A DNA stretch of 52,064 nucleotides, taken from IMG/VR virus record IMGVR_UViG_3300021405_000018, positions 1 to 52,064 of that record. The stretch is one strand, 5' to 3'. Made by a program: the position numbers and the translations under genes. Each line of letters starts with the position of its first letter. Position 1 is the stretch's first letter. Below the pieces are notes generated by a model that did no database searches, was not told the origin of the DNA, and saw only the letters and a list, made by a program, of their open reading frames with translations. Positions 9,223 to 19,644 of the stretch are shown here, one piece after another. This stretch comes from a virus. Taxonomy: Duplodnaviria > Caudoviricetes.

Positions 9223-9725
9223 TGGAAGCCATTACAGTTGAGCCCTTCACCAGGGAACTAGCTACAGAGATTACACCCCTTGGGCAGGAAGCCTGGAACG
9301 AGTGCTCTGTGATAAAGAAGGATACATGCGCCTACCACGGGCAGCGCGGCCTTCCTATCGACCCCAACATCGAGCAGTACCTTCGTCTGGCAGACAATGG
9401 TGCCCTGGTAGCTATGACACTACGTATAGATGGTGTCCTGCACGGCTATGCCCTTATGGTCCTCTACTATAGCCTGCACCTCAAGAATGAGCTATGCGGG
9501 AATGTGGACACCTTCTACATCCAGCCAGACTATCGCCGCTTCATGCCAAGGTTCATGTCGATGGTCGAGGACGAGTTCCGGTCACGTAACGTAAGTATTG
9601 TGGGCTGGCCTGTAACCATGACAGGCAAGCTGTTCGACATCCTCAAGAAGCGCGGGTATATCGCAGACGATGTCATTATGGAACTGAAGCTGAAAGACCT
9701 TCCGAGGGGTGAATCATGTGTGTAG
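9222..9725 (+). CDS. GNAT-fold acetyltransferase-like protein
   Basis: DGVLHGY...DTFYIQPDYR...KRGY; usual slot between nozzle and ejection genes. Confidence 0.7.
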   Translation: MEAITVEPFTRELATEITPLGQEAWNECSVIKKDTCAYHGQRGLPIDPNIEQYLRLADNGALVAMTLRIDGVLHGYALMVLYYSLHLKNELCGNVDTFYIQPDYRRFMPRFMSMVEDEFRSRNVSIVGWPVTMTGKLFDILKKRGYIADDVIMELKLKDLPRGESCV

Positions 9726-10912
9726 TTGCAGGAGCAGTTGGTGCAGTTGCGGGTGGGATTGGCTCGCTTGCTAATAGTTTTGGGGGTGGAGGCGGTGTGC
9801 CCTCCGGGGCGCAGGCTGTCTATAATCCGCAGTCGCTAGGGCAGGACCTGACAGGTATCCTCTCGGGTGGCTTGTCTGCGGGCCTTGGTATTAGTGGCCT
9901 TGCTGGCGGCAACCTGAACCAGCTACAGGCAGGAGCGGCTGCGGCCAACCCATTCGGTAGCCAGTCCAACAAGTACTACGGCCCACTACAGAACCTTCTT
10001 GGCGGCGGGCTCCAGAACCAGATCGCAGGTACGCAGGCCGGTGAGCAGAGCGTACTCAACAGCATCACAGGCAACCAGTACATCGGTAGCAACACGGGGC
10101 TGCTGTCGCAGATGGGTAACATCTCGACGCCGGGGGTGACTGCGTCCTTGCAGAATCAGGTCAACAACCCAACGCAGCTCCTGTCGTCAGTCAATCAGGG
10201 GAACAGCCAGATCAGTAATGTGCTAGGTCAGAACCCCTACTCCTTCACCCAGGGTGAGCAGTTCCAGTACAACCAGGGTATGGGCGCTGTGAATGCCTCG
10301 CTGGCGGCGCAAGGTATGGTGGGCTCCGGCAATCAGATGATCAGCCTGGAGAACTACGGCCAGAACTTCGCATCGCAGGCCACACAGCAGAACCTCAACA
10401 ATCTGTTCACCGCCAACTCGCAGGCGCAGGGTTTGCAGGGCATCGTGAACCAGATGGGCACCAATCAGTTCAATGAGACAGCGGGCCTCGGCAACTATCT
10501 GACAGGGCAGCAGCAACAGAGCTTCGGCAACCAGCTTAGCACGCAGCAGCTCTACACCGGGCAGCAGCAGGATACGGCGCAGAACCTGATGAATCTTCTG
10601 TCAGGGCAGGTAGGCATCGGTAGTCAGGGGCTTCAGGCTTTTGAAGGGCTCATCCCCGGCCTCCTCACGGCGACGCAGGCATCGCAGTCTAGTCCTGGTA
10701 CGGCTGGTGGTATCCTTGCAAACCTGGGTGTGGCGAATCAGGCAAGCGCAGGTAACCTTGCCAGTGGTATTGGTGGACTTGCCAATGGTATTGGCAATAT
10801 GCTCAGCGGCGTCAACCTTGGTGGCGGCGGTATCAGCACAATGGGTAGCGAGAACCCCGGCGCTTCCTCAACATCAACCCCGGACGACCTCATCTCGGGT
10901 TACACAGGATAA
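9716..10912 (+). CDS. DNA ejection / internal virion protein
   Basis: MC start with Gly/Ala-rich N-terminus; Gln/Asn-rich; QFQYNQG..AV..S.AA.G..GSGN motif of P22 gp7-like proteins. Confidence 0.7.
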   Translation: MCVVAGAVGAVAGGIGSLANSFGGGGGVPSGAQAVYNPQSLGQDLTGILSGGLSAGLGISGLAGGNLNQLQAGAAAANPFGSQSNKYYGPLQNLLGGGLQNQIAGTQAGEQSVLNSITGNQYIGSNTGLLSQMGNISTPGVTASLQNQVNNPTQLLSSVNQGNSQISNVLGQNPYSFTQGEQFQYNQGMGAVNASLAAQGMVGSGNQMISLENYGQNFASQATQQNLNNLFTANSQAQGLQGIVNQMGTNQFNETAGLGNYLTGQQQQSFGNQLSTQQLYTGQQQDTAQNLMNLLSGQVGIGSQGLQAFEGLIPGLLTATQASQSSPGTAGGILANLGVANQASAGNLASGIGGLANGIGNMLSGVNLGGGGISTMGSENPGASSTSTPDDLISGYTG

Positions 10913-10921
10913 GGAGGCGGT

Positions 10922-12145
10922 ATGCCATTCAGTATGCAAGCCCCAAACAATCTGGTGCAGTCTGCGTTCGACGCCTACAATGCGCCGATCCAGTCGCAAA
11001 TCCTCCAGCAGGACCTTTCCCTCAAGAAAGAGGAGGTCGTAGCACAACAGATGGCTATCCAGAACCAGATCGGTATCCAGCAGGACATGACCAAGATTTG
11101 GGGTCCTGGTGGGATCGGCTCGGCGCAGGATGCCACAGATAACCCGTCCATCGACCAGATGCCCAAGTTCATGGCCACAGCACAGTCCCTTGCGATGCAC
11201 GGACAGCCGCAGGCCGCAATGACTATGCTCTCGACAGCAAGCCTGTTGGGGATGAGGCAGGCAGAGACGCAGAAGTATGCACAGCAAGCTACATGGCGGC
11301 AGCTTGAGGTTGCCGGGTCGGCGCTCGGTGGCGTGAAGGCGGGCGATCAGGCCTCGGAGGATGTTGCACTCGCAACCATGCGGGCGCAAGGTATCGACCC
11401 TGCCAAGTACGGACTCGTCGGCGATATCGCTAGTGACTGGGACAAGATCCCTGCCCTCTCGCAGTCTGCCATGTCTCGTGCCCAGCAGATACATCAGGCC
11501 GACAGGGACCGTACGTTTGCGGAGAAGGTGCAGCAGGACCACTTCCACGATTCGGTTGCATCGATGCGCCTGGGGCAAGGTGCCCAGCGTATTACCATTG
11601 CTAACGGCAATCTTGACCTTCACCAGAAGGAGTTTGTCGACAAGCAGAACGAGGAGAACAAGCGTGATGCTCGGGCGCAGGATGGCCTCGACCTCAAGAC
11701 CAATGACCGTAACGACAAGATTCTCGCTAACGCCCGTCGCGTCACCTCGGTCGATGTCCAGCAGGCGGATGGTGTGGTGCAGTCTGATAGCCGCACCTCG
11801 GGTATTGCACCCCCGCTCCAGAAGGCTATTGCACGGATGGCAGCACGGTATGCCAAGGACGACGTAGCTCATGAGTACGGGCAGGATGCGCCTCCCGGAG
11901 CCTACGACGCAGCCCTGTCGAAGGCACTGGACAAGATGGAGAAGCGCGGTGACTTCAAGCAGGCGCAGAGCAGCGACTACAAGTTCAACGCCCCAGTGCC
12001 TGCTGCACCAAAGTACTCGCCCGTAAAGCCGCCGATCCCCTCTACACCGAAGGGTATCCCGGAAGGTAGCAAGGTCATTGGCAAGACGCCCGATGGGTCG
12101 AAGGATGTGTGGCAGGACCCGAAGGGTAACAAATGGACTGAATGA
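10922..12145 (+). CDS. Putative DNA ejection protein
   Basis: RBS AAGGAGG; Gln/Ala-rich helical protein; position. Confidence 0.6.
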   Translation: MPFSMQAPNNLVQSAFDAYNAPIQSQILQQDLSLKKEEVVAQQMAIQNQIGIQQDMTKIWGPGGIGSAQDATDNPSIDQMPKFMATAQSLAMHGQPQAAMTMLSTASLLGMRQAETQKYAQQATWRQLEVAGSALGGVKAGDQASEDVALATMRAQGIDPAKYGLVGDIASDWDKIPALSQSAMSRAQQIHQADRDRTFAEKVQQDHFHDSVASMRLGQGAQRITIANGNLDLHQKEFVDKQNEENKRDARAQDGLDLKTNDRNDKILANARRVTSVDVQQADGVVQSDSRTSGIAPPLQKAIARMAARYAKDDVAHEYGQDAPPGAYDAALSKALDKMEKRGDFKQAQSSDYKFNAPVPAAPKYSPVKPPIPSTPKGIPEGSKVIGKTPDGSKDVWQDPKGNKWTE

Positions 12146-14724
12146 TGGCACAACCCTATATGGGGGACGTTGTCCCCGGCGCAGCACCACCGTCCAACGA
12201 TGGGCCTAAGCCCTACGAGGGGACGGTCGTGCCTATGCAGAGTGCATTGGCGAAGGCTCCTCCGCAGGCACCACAGGCGCAGCCTCAAGCACCGCAGGGG
12301 CCGCAGCCCTATAGTGGGCCAGTGCAGCAGGCCCCGACGACGACTACCCAGGCGGTAGAGCAGCGTTCGCAGAAGTCGTCTCAGGAGTTGACGAAGGAGT
12401 TCTACTCCATGCAGAACGGTAGTGCCCACCAAAGGGCGCAGCAGGCCATTGCCCGGTTCAACTTCGATGACATGATGAAGAACGACCAGGGCTTCAAGGC
12501 ATTCGTGGCAGGGGCATTCCCTGAGGTACCGCTCGAAGCAACGAAGGCTCTGTTCGCCAAGGTAGGGGCCGCTGCATTCAACAAGATTGGGCAGACCAAT
12601 ATCGGCAAGTCCCTCATCGCCTACTATCAGGCAGGCAAGGATGCGTCCGCACTGGCCGACGACCTGATCAAGCACGACCGCCAGTCCACTGCGCGGGAGC
12701 TACAACTTAAGAAGGACAACGACGAGTTCTTCAAGGCCAACCCGCACTACAAGGCCTTCGATGAGGAGGTCTATCACGCTGGCGAAGACCCTAGCTACAA
12801 GCTCTCCCCGGAGGCTGCCTACTACAAGAAGACCTACCTCGACCCCCGCAAGCAGCGGTTCGACTTCAGTGTGCAGGAGGCCAAGCGCCTGGGCGTGCAG
12901 TTGCCTGACGACATGGTAGACCTCGACAAGTACATGCACCGGCAGTACATGGAGCCGAAGCAGGGGCAGACGTTCTTCAAGACCTTGCAGGATGTGGTTG
13001 ATCCGAATGAGATGTTGCTCAACCACCCATCGACGCGGGGCTTCAGCAGGGACCCGGAGATTTTCCAGGTGCCCAACGCAGGCGTGGTGCAGTCCGCCCA
13101 CACCGGTGAGCGGGGTGGCTACATGATCGACCCTGGCTCACGCATCGTTGACATCTATAAGGGTGGGAAGGTCATTGACCGAGGCAGTATCGTTACCGAT
13201 CCCATTACGGGCGACCGGTCCATTGCCACCAAGAACGGCGGCCTGTGGGACATGGAACGTGGCACGACGAAGGAGATTGAAGCCCATACACCTGCCCGGT
13301 ACTTCAAGAGTGCAGCGGCCTCGATGACGGAGGCGCAGACACAGATCGATGACACCATTGCGAACGCCAAGTTCCTGCAAGGCCTAAAGACGAGCCCGAG
13401 CCTGCTGAAGCATGCCGTGCCCGAAGGTGTGAGGCCGCCTGACAAGTCCTGGGAGAAGGTTGACATCCCCGGCTACAAGGGCTTCGACGGTTGGCACTTC
13501 AATCCGAAAATGGCGAACGTCCTCAACGACTACACCGGCACGAAGATGGACACCAACACCATGATGCAGGGGGTGAATCGCATCATGCAAGGGTCGATCT
13601 TCCTTGACCCGCTGAAGCACTTGTTCAATGTGGAGTTCCATGCGGCGATGCAAGCGGGCCTGTTTGGTGGATTGACGCGGACACTCCAGGGTGGAGTGCG
13701 CCTGCTGACTCCGGGGGAGCAGACCCTCACCCGGCAGGCCATCGAAGGGGTGATCAACAAGGACCCGAAGTACTTGCAGTATGTGAAGGAGAGCCCCGGC
13801 TTGCGGGGGGCGAACAACGCTGTGCGGGACTACGGCAACCAGCTCCTGAAGCAGATGGGTAAGGACCCCAATCAACTAAATACGATGGCGAAGGCGCTCG
13901 GCTACGGCACGGGCGTCAACTTCATCCGTGCGGCCTATCGTGGGTCCAATGCCACCCTATGGGGCGTAGGCGACATGATCCTCTACAAGAGCTTTCTGGC
14001 CTCGGAGATTGAACACCCAGGGGCGACCAAGGCGCAGATCAGCAGCCTTGTGGGTGAGCACGTCCCAACGTATGTTGTGCCCTCAACCATCCTCGGGTCG
14101 AGGTCGTTCTCGAAGCTGGTGCAGAACCCCTGGTTCCTGGGCTTCTCCCGCTACGAGTACAACCGGGCGGCCAGCTACGGCAACCTCCTGAAGGGCCTTG
14201 TCAAGCCGAACGAACTGGAGGACACGGGCCAGTCGATGGACCAGATTGCCTCCCTCATCTTCCATACCGCAGTGACCTACCCGATGGTCAACCACGCCAT
14301 CCAGAAGATGACGAACAATCCCAACGCCTCGCTCGGGTGGTATGGGCCGTACTCCTACATCGGCGCAGGGGAGGACTACGCCGCAGGCAAGAAGACCTTT
14401 GCGCAGGCCGCAGTGCAGACGGCAGTACGCCCAAGTGCAGCGGTCGAGACTGCCGCCGAACTATACTATGGCAAGGAGCTATGGAAGGATGGCGGCAAGG
14501 ACCTCTACCATAGCGCCGGGGAGTTCGGCAAGTACCTGATGGGTAAGACCTACCCCACGCAGGCTATCATGCGGGTGGCAAGCCCACCGAAGGGTGTGAC
14601 GCCGAAGCAGGCCGTCCGGCAGTTCGCCCTTGACTTCATCGGCATCAAGGACCCCACACCGCAGCAGGAAGCGGCCATCACCAAGTACGCTGCCCTTGAA
14701 CTTAAGCGGAGGGCCAAGAAATGA
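12142..14724 (+). CDS. Large internal virion / ejection protein
   Basis: 860 aa helical protein, third in the ejection series. Confidence 0.6.
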   Translation: MMAQPYMGDVVPGAAPPSNDGPKPYEGTVVPMQSALAKAPPQAPQAQPQAPQGPQPYSGPVQQAPTTTTQAVEQRSQKSSQELTKEFYSMQNGSAHQRAQQAIARFNFDDMMKNDQGFKAFVAGAFPEVPLEATKALFAKVGAAAFNKIGQTNIGKSLIAYYQAGKDASALADDLIKHDRQSTARELQLKKDNDEFFKANPHYKAFDEEVYHAGEDPSYKLSPEAAYYKKTYLDPRKQRFDFSVQEAKRLGVQLPDDMVDLDKYMHRQYMEPKQGQTFFKTLQDVVDPNEMLLNHPSTRGFSRDPEIFQVPNAGVVQSAHTGERGGYMIDPGSRIVDIYKGGKVIDRGSIVTDPITGDRSIATKNGGLWDMERGTTKEIEAHTPARYFKSAAASMTEAQTQIDDTIANAKFLQGLKTSPSLLKHAVPEGVRPPDKSWEKVDIPGYKGFDGWHFNPKMANVLNDYTGTKMDTNTMMQGVNRIMQGSIFLDPLKHLFNVEFHAAMQAGLFGGLTRTLQGGVRLLTPGEQTLTRQAIEGVINKDPKYLQYVKESPGLRGANNAVRDYGNQLLKQMGKDPNQLNTMAKALGYGTGVNFIRAAYRGSNATLWGVGDMILYKSFLASEIEHPGATKAQISSLVGEHVPTYVVPSTILGSRSFSKLVQNPWFLGFSRYEYNRAASYGNLLKGLVKPNELEDTGQSMDQIASLIFHTAVTYPMVNHAIQKMTNNPNASLGWYGPYSYIGAGEDYAAGKKTFAQAAVQTAVRPSAAVETAAELYYGKELWKDGGKDLYHSAGEFGKYLMGKTYPTQAIMRVASPPKGVTPKQAVRQFALDFIGIKDPTPQQEAAITKYAALELKRRAKK

Positions 14725-16037
14725 AAGTCCTCGTCATCGATACCTATGGCGTAGCTGTGGACTTCTGCCTGCGTTGCCAGTGGGCAGGCCACGATGTGAA
14801 GCACTACCTGTCACCGGGCAAGTATGACTGCGTCGGCAAGGGCCTCACCCACCGCGTATCAAACTGGCGTGACCACATGAAGTGGGCCGACATCATCGTA
14901 TGCACGGCCTCGGCCAAGTACGGCTGGGAAATGGAGAACTACTATGAAGCAGGCTATCCTATCTTTGGTGCTAATGAGGACTGCGCCAAGCTCGAACTGG
15001 ATCGTTGTGTCGGTATGGAAACTCTTACAAACCACGATATTGATGTCCTCCCTTATACTCGCTTCTCTCGCTACGATGATGCTCTTCGCCATGTTCGGGC
15101 TACTGGGGGAAGCTATGCTTGCAAACCTATAGGGGATGCGGACCGAGCACTCAGCTATGTGGCATCGGGGCCTGACGACATGATATCGATGATGCGTCGG
15201 GCCAAGCGCATGCACGGGGAGGCCAAGCAGGACTTCATCCTCCAGCAGAAGGCAGGCGGGATTGAGTTCGCTGTGGGCGGATGGTTCGGCCCACATGGAT
15301 TCAACAACGTATGGGAGGAGAACTTCGAACACAAGAAGTTCTTTGCTGGGGACACGGGCGTCAACACCGGCGAAATGGGCACGGCCATGAAGTACACGGA
15401 CGAGAGCAAGCTCGGCGAGATGCTGCTACGCCCACTGGAACGTGCCCTGAAAGCCCTGAAGTTCTGCGGCAACATCGACATCTCCGTCATGATCGATGAG
15501 AAGGGCAAGCCATGGCCTCTCGAATTCACCATGCGCATGGGCTGGCCCGCCTTCTACCTAAACCAGCACCTCCACAAGGGTGACCCTGTCCAGTGGATGT
15601 ACGACCTCGTCCACGGACGTGACAGCCTGAAGGTCAGCTACGACCACTGCATCGGCGTATGTGTGGTGGGGCCTAACTTCCCCCACAACTCGAAGGTCGC
15701 CGACGAGTGTGAAGGCATCCCTATCTATGGTATCAACCACGACAACATTGCCAACGTCCACTTCTGTGAAGTGATGGCATGTTCGGAGGAAGTATATGAA
15801 GAAGGTAAGTGGCGTTCTGTGGACCTGTTTGCCACTGCTGGCAGTTGGCCACTCGTTGTATGTGGTACTGGACCGTCTGTGGTACGGGCGAAGAAGCAGG
15901 CATACGATGTGATTGGGCAGATCAGGATTCCCAACTCGCATGGGCACCGCCCTGATATTGGGGACCGCTGCAAGGACCACATCAAGCAGCTCCAGTCGAT
16001 GGGCTATGCCAAGTCATGGGAGTACGGTGATGCCTAA
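14721..16037 (+). CDS. PurD-like ATP-grasp ligase (divergent)
   Basis: EHKK...GDTGVNTGEMG versus PurD DHKR...GDTGPNTGGMG; LEFTMRMGWP versus LEFN.RFGDP; C-terminal R.DIG. Confidence 0.8.
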   Translation: MKVLVIDTYGVAVDFCLRCQWAGHDVKHYLSPGKYDCVGKGLTHRVSNWRDHMKWADIIVCTASAKYGWEMENYYEAGYPIFGANEDCAKLELDRCVGMETLTNHDIDVLPYTRFSRYDDALRHVRATGGSYACKPIGDADRALSYVASGPDDMISMMRRAKRMHGEAKQDFILQQKAGGIEFAVGGWFGPHGFNNVWEENFEHKKFFAGDTGVNTGEMGTAMKYTDESKLGEMLLRPLERALKALKFCGNIDISVMIDEKGKPWPLEFTMRMGWPAFYLNQHLHKGDPVQWMYDLVHGRDSLKVSYDHCIGVCVVGPNFPHNSKVADECEGIPIYGINHDNIANVHFCEVMACSEEVYEEGKWRSVDLFATAGSWPLVVCGTGPSVVRAKKQAYDVIGQIRIPNSHGHRPDIGDRCKDHIKQLQSMGYAKSWEYGDA

Positions 16038-16770
16038 CGTCAGCCCAAACCTCGACAAGCCGCCAAGTGGTCCTACAGAGGACTGGCGTACCCTCAGGCA
16101 TTGGCTCTTCAAGCTATGGACGATTGTGCGTAACTTCGACCTGACCGCTGCTGCATCCGGCAATACTCAGATCGATGGGAACCTGACTGTGACGGGCGGG
16201 ATTAATGTACCTGCTGGGTCGAACATCACTGGGATGCCCCTCTCGTTGCTGGCGGCTGCTGCTGGGGAGCAGGATGGGACCGCATCGTCTAATGGCACTC
16301 AGGGTGGGCAATTCCTTGGGCCTGTGATTGCGATGAGCGCGGTGAACACTAGCGCACAGTCCTTCACCAATACCGGAGCACTAGCTACAGTAACAGGATG
16401 GTCTACTGTATTCGACACTGCTAGTGCCTTTGTGCCTTCTACGGGTATCTACACGATTCCGGTAAGTGGGCTATATCAAGTTAGTGGTAGTGTTCTAATG
16501 AATACGATAACATACCCTGCTGCTGGGTACGTACAACTAATAGTGGTATTCAATGCTACACCAACCCATATATACAACCACCTGAATCAGCCCTTCGGAG
16601 TTGCTGCTACATCTTCATGCTACCTCGATTGTCAGGTCAATATACTACGGCGCTTCAATGCGGGCGATACTATATTCATGCAGCTAGGGCATATCGCCAA
16701 CGCAGCTAACACTATGTACTCCGACCCCAACCAAGAGTACAACCATTTTGAAATCCTCAAGGTAGGCTAA
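16030..16770 (+). CDS. Tail fibre/spike with C1q/TNF-like C-terminal domain
   Basis: F..STGIYTIPVSGLYQVS...FNAGDTI motif; ATG at 16030 with GGAG upstream. Confidence 0.7.
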   Translation: MPNVSPNLDKPPSGPTEDWRTLRHWLFKLWTIVRNFDLTAAASGNTQIDGNLTVTGGINVPAGSNITGMPLSLLAAAAGEQDGTASSNGTQGGQFLGPVIAMSAVNTSAQSFTNTGALATVTGWSTVFDTASAFVPSTGIYTIPVSGLYQVSGSVLMNTITYPAAGYVQLIVVFNATPTHIYNHLNQPFGVAATSSCYLDCQVNILRRFNAGDTIFMQLGHIANAANTMYSDPNQEYNHFEILKVG

Positions 16771-16771
16771 C

Positions 16772-17272
16772 ATGTCCGTCGAACAAACCCATGAAGAGAA
16801 AGAGACCCTGTCAGTAGATGTTGACCTGCCAGGACACGACCCACGAGTAACTACGGCGATGTTCCGTAAGACCAAGCGCATGTTGATGAAGGTGGCGAAT
16901 GCGATGGGCTTCGACTTCAAGCGACCAGCAGGGCGGTGCTGGATATGCGACAAGACGGAGGCCGACCTCGGTCAGCCCCTCGAAGCACACCACTTCGGCA
17001 TCGAGCGGGCGTACATCGATGCGGCTATCCGCTGGAATGTGGTAGCCCAGGACTTCCCCATCTTCGACTGGAAGAACTTCAATCCGGCAAACCCTGCTGA
17101 TTTCATAGATAATATGGTGGCGCAAGGTGTGCTGCTATGCAAAGAGCACCATACTGGAAAGGATACTGGAGTGCATACGCTCCCCTTTAGCCTGTGGATC
17201 ATGCAGCGCTACCTTGCCGATGGAACCCGCTTTAACCCTACTGAGGTGATCGAACATGGCACTGATATCTGA
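16772..17272 (+). CDS. HNH-like Zn-binding protein
   Basis: CWIC...LEAHH...LLCKEHH...GVH. Confidence 0.55.
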   Translation: MSVEQTHEEKETLSVDVDLPGHDPRVTTAMFRKTKRMLMKVANAMGFDFKRPAGRCWICDKTEADLGQPLEAHHFGIERAYIDAAIRWNVVAQDFPIFDWKNFNPANPADFIDNMVAQGVLLCKEHHTGKDTGVHTLPFSLWIMQRYLADGTRFNPTEVIEHGTDI

Positions 17273-17714
17273 TCCCGTATCGGCGGTCGCTGGTGTCGTC
17301 CAGTCGATCATCAACGAGTTCCCCAACCCGGAGCAGAAGGCGGCGGCGCAGCAGTCGCTCGCCAACATGTACATGACTGGGCAGCTCCAGGCTATGACCA
17401 CCCAGGCGGGCGTCATTACAGCCGAGGAGAACAGCATGAACAAGCTGGAGTCCTCATGGCGGCCCGTACTGATGTACGTCTTCATGGTGATCCTGGTGTT
17501 TAACTATATCCTGGCCCCCATCATGCAGGCTATCCTCCACGTGACCCTCTCGCTACCGATCCCGCCCAACATGTGGACCCTGCTCGACATCGGTGTCGGC
17601 GGCTACATCTCAAGCCGTGGGCTGGAGAAGATGACCACACCACACCCAGTTACGGGCGTAAGCCCAATTGCCTCGACGGTACAGTCGGTGGCTAACGTCT
17701 TCAAGGGGCATTGA
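17256..17714 (+). CDS. Holin (3TM / GTA-type)
   Basis: SWRP.L + TM, W.LL..G.GGY...RGLEK signature. Confidence 0.8.
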   Translation: MALISDPVSAVAGVVQSIINEFPNPEQKAAAQQSLANMYMTGQLQAMTTQAGVITAEENSMNKLESSWRPVLMYVFMVILVFNYILAPIMQAILHVTLSLPIPPNMWTLLDIGVGGYISSRGLEKMTTPHPVTGVSPIASTVQSVANVFKGH

Positions 17715-17715
17715 T

Positions 17716-18051
17716 ATGACCTTCTCAACTGTACAGTACCTCCGTCTAGTCCAGGTCGCCATTGCCACGGCCACGACGACCCAGTACACAACGCCTGCGG
17801 CCCGTCAGGACGTGATCAAGGACTATGAGATTTGCAACACTACGGCGGCGGCCATCACCGTCAGCCTCTACATTGTCCCCACGGGCAATAGTGCAGGCAC
17901 GGCCAACGCCATCCTGCTCTCGGCCTCGATCCCAGCCAACCAGACGTTCCACTGGACTGGGACTATCGTCATGAACGCGAGTGACTTCATTGCCACTGCT
18001 GCTTCTGCCACCGGTCTGACCTTGACGGTGAGTGGGCTGGAGTCGCAATAA
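17716..18051 (+). CDS. Putative tail-associated protein
   Basis: YTTPA...ICNTT...VSG.E pattern; beta-rich. Confidence 0.6.
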   Translation: MTFSTVQYLRLVQVAIATATTTQYTTPAARQDVIKDYEICNTTAAAITVSLYIVPTGNSAGTANAILLSASIPANQTFHWTGTIVMNASDFIATAASATGLTLTVSGLESQ

Positions 18052-18596
18052 TGACTACTGGAATGGTACCGGAGTTCGGGCTGGAGATTGTCAACCTGTA
18101 TGCACCAGCAGGGACGCGTATCCCTATGCAGCAAGCCGCCCCTCCGCTTGGGTGGACATCGGACACGAGCACACCTATGACCGACTGCTCCATGCGTATT
18201 AATAGTGGGACTGGTGGCGGGAATGGCGGTACGACCGGGTGGTCGAGCTGGAACTTCGGCGGCGTGTTCAACGTTAATGCCTTCTCACTGTCCATCGCGC
18301 AGCTTGCTGCACACGCGCACACTGACGTAGGCCACGGGCACGGTGTGAATGATGGAGGCCACGCTCACTTGCTCGGAGCGGCGTACTGCTACCTCGCGGG
18401 TGGTGGGGACCTCTCCGGTAACGGCGGCACTAATGTTCACTACCAGAACAACGGGACAACTGCCGCAACCACTGGCGTTAGCATCCAGGCAGGCTTCGCA
18501 GGCATCACAAACACAGGCTCCGGTGCAGCCATCCAGCCAAACTACACCACCCCCCAGGTCAAGTACGCTGACCACATCATGGCGGTCAAATCATGA
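18051..18596 (+). CDS. Tail fibre (collar-like) protein
   Basis: PAGT...Q.A.P.GWT, LSIAQL.AH.H, H.H repeats, TGSG motifs. Confidence 0.7.
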   Translation: MTTGMVPEFGLEIVNLYAPAGTRIPMQQAAPPLGWTSDTSTPMTDCSMRINSGTGGGNGGTTGWSSWNFGGVFNVNAFSLSIAQLAAHAHTDVGHGHGVNDGGHAHLLGAAYCYLAGGGDLSGNGGTNVHYQNNGTTAATTGVSIQAGFAGITNTGSGAAIQPNYTTPQVKYADHIMAVKS

Positions 18597-18916
18597 GCAA
18601 GAACCTATGCCCGTTCTGGAAGAAGGAATGCATCGAGCATGACTGTGTCATGTATATGCGCATCTCCTGGGTACATCCGCAGACAGGCCTGGGTGAGGAT
18701 AAGTTCGCCTGCGCAATCCCTACCGGGGTGATGATGCAGGTTGAGAGCGCCCGGCAGACCAGGGGCGTACAAGCCTCCGTCGATAGCATGCGCAACGAGG
18801 TTGTGAAGCGTCAGGATGTCCTGAACGCTGCTATTGAGGAGCGCAAGCATGAAGTCCCTACTGTTACCTTTGACCATACTGGTAGCCCAAGCCTGCACGA
18901 CGGCACCTCCCGCTAA
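18593..18916 (+). CDS. Cys-containing protein downstream of the fibre gene
   Basis: CP...KECIEHDC...CAI...ASVDSMRNE; ATGA coupling. Confidence 0.65.
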   Translation: MSKNLCPFWKKECIEHDCVMYMRISWVHPQTGLGEDKFACAIPTGVMMQVESARQTRGVQASVDSMRNEVVKRQDVLNAAIEERKHEVPTVTFDHTGSPSLHDGTSR

Positions 18917-19463
18917 CCCCTACATGCAGGCGAGGGCAACGACGGTCCTTGTCAACAACCTCAAGGGGTCTATTGGTACGGGTAATGTCGTCAACGACAA
19001 GTGCGTCCTCACTGCGGCCCACGTCGCAGACCAGGACATCGTTGACCTCGTAACGGCGTCCGACAAAGAGTTCATTGCAATGCGGGTGGCCCACGATGAA
19101 GCCGAAGACATTGCGGTCGTCTGCACTACAGTCGCACTTGACTCGCCGCCAGTTTCGATTGGCCCGGACCCGGCTACTTACGACCCTGTATTCACTATTG
19201 GCTATCCGAAGGGGCGACACCTCTTCCTCACGACCGGCCAGTGGGAAGACAACGACACGATAAGTGCGGACTGTGCCCCCGGCAACTCGGGCGGTGGCGT
19301 CTTCGACATGACTGACCACTACGTAGGGTTTGTTGATGCAGTCGCAATCACCCTGGTCAACAAGTCCCCCAACCTGATTTACCATATCTGCGACATCGTA
19401 GGGACGAAAGCCATTACGAAGTTCCTTGACACGAACCACATCCAATACCAGGGACACATATGA
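18849..19463 (+). CDS. Trypsin-like (S1) serine protease, exported, possible lipoprotein
   Basis: LTAAHV, DIAV and PGNSGGG catalytic-triad motifs; hydrophobic N-terminus ending AQAC; RBS GAGGAG. Confidence 0.85.
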   Translation: MKSLLLPLTILVAQACTTAPPANPYMQARATTVLVNNLKGSIGTGNVVNDKCVLTAAHVADQDIVDLVTASDKEFIAMRVAHDEAEDIAVVCTTVALDSPPVSIGPDPATYDPVFTIGYPKGRHLFLTTGQWEDNDTISADCAPGNSGGGVFDMTDHYVGFVDAVAITLVNKSPNLIYHICDIVGTKAITKFLDTNHIQYQGHI

Positions 19464-19642
19464 GCGAAGAACGATTTGACTGTCTGGAGCAGCGCCTGGA
19501 CAAGATGCAGGTGCAGATGGACCAGATACTTGAGATGGTAGCCGTAGGCAAGGGCGCTCTCGTGGCAGCCAAGCTACTCGGCTGGATCACTGCCACGGGC
19601 GTCGCTTGCGTCGAACTATGGCGTACCTTTAGGGGGCACTAG
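19460..19642 (+). CDS. Small coiled-coil + TM protein (lysis-associated)
   Basis: Heptad N-terminus, C-terminal TM; directly before the endolysin. Confidence 0.55.
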   Translation: MSEERFDCLEQRLDKMQVQMDQILEMVAVGKGALVAAKLLGWITATGVACVELWRTFRGH

Positions 19643-19644
19643 AA

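Noticed and set aside
16030-18596. Diversity-generating retroelement acting on the fibres
   Set aside because: No reverse transcriptase and no template/variable repeat pair seen
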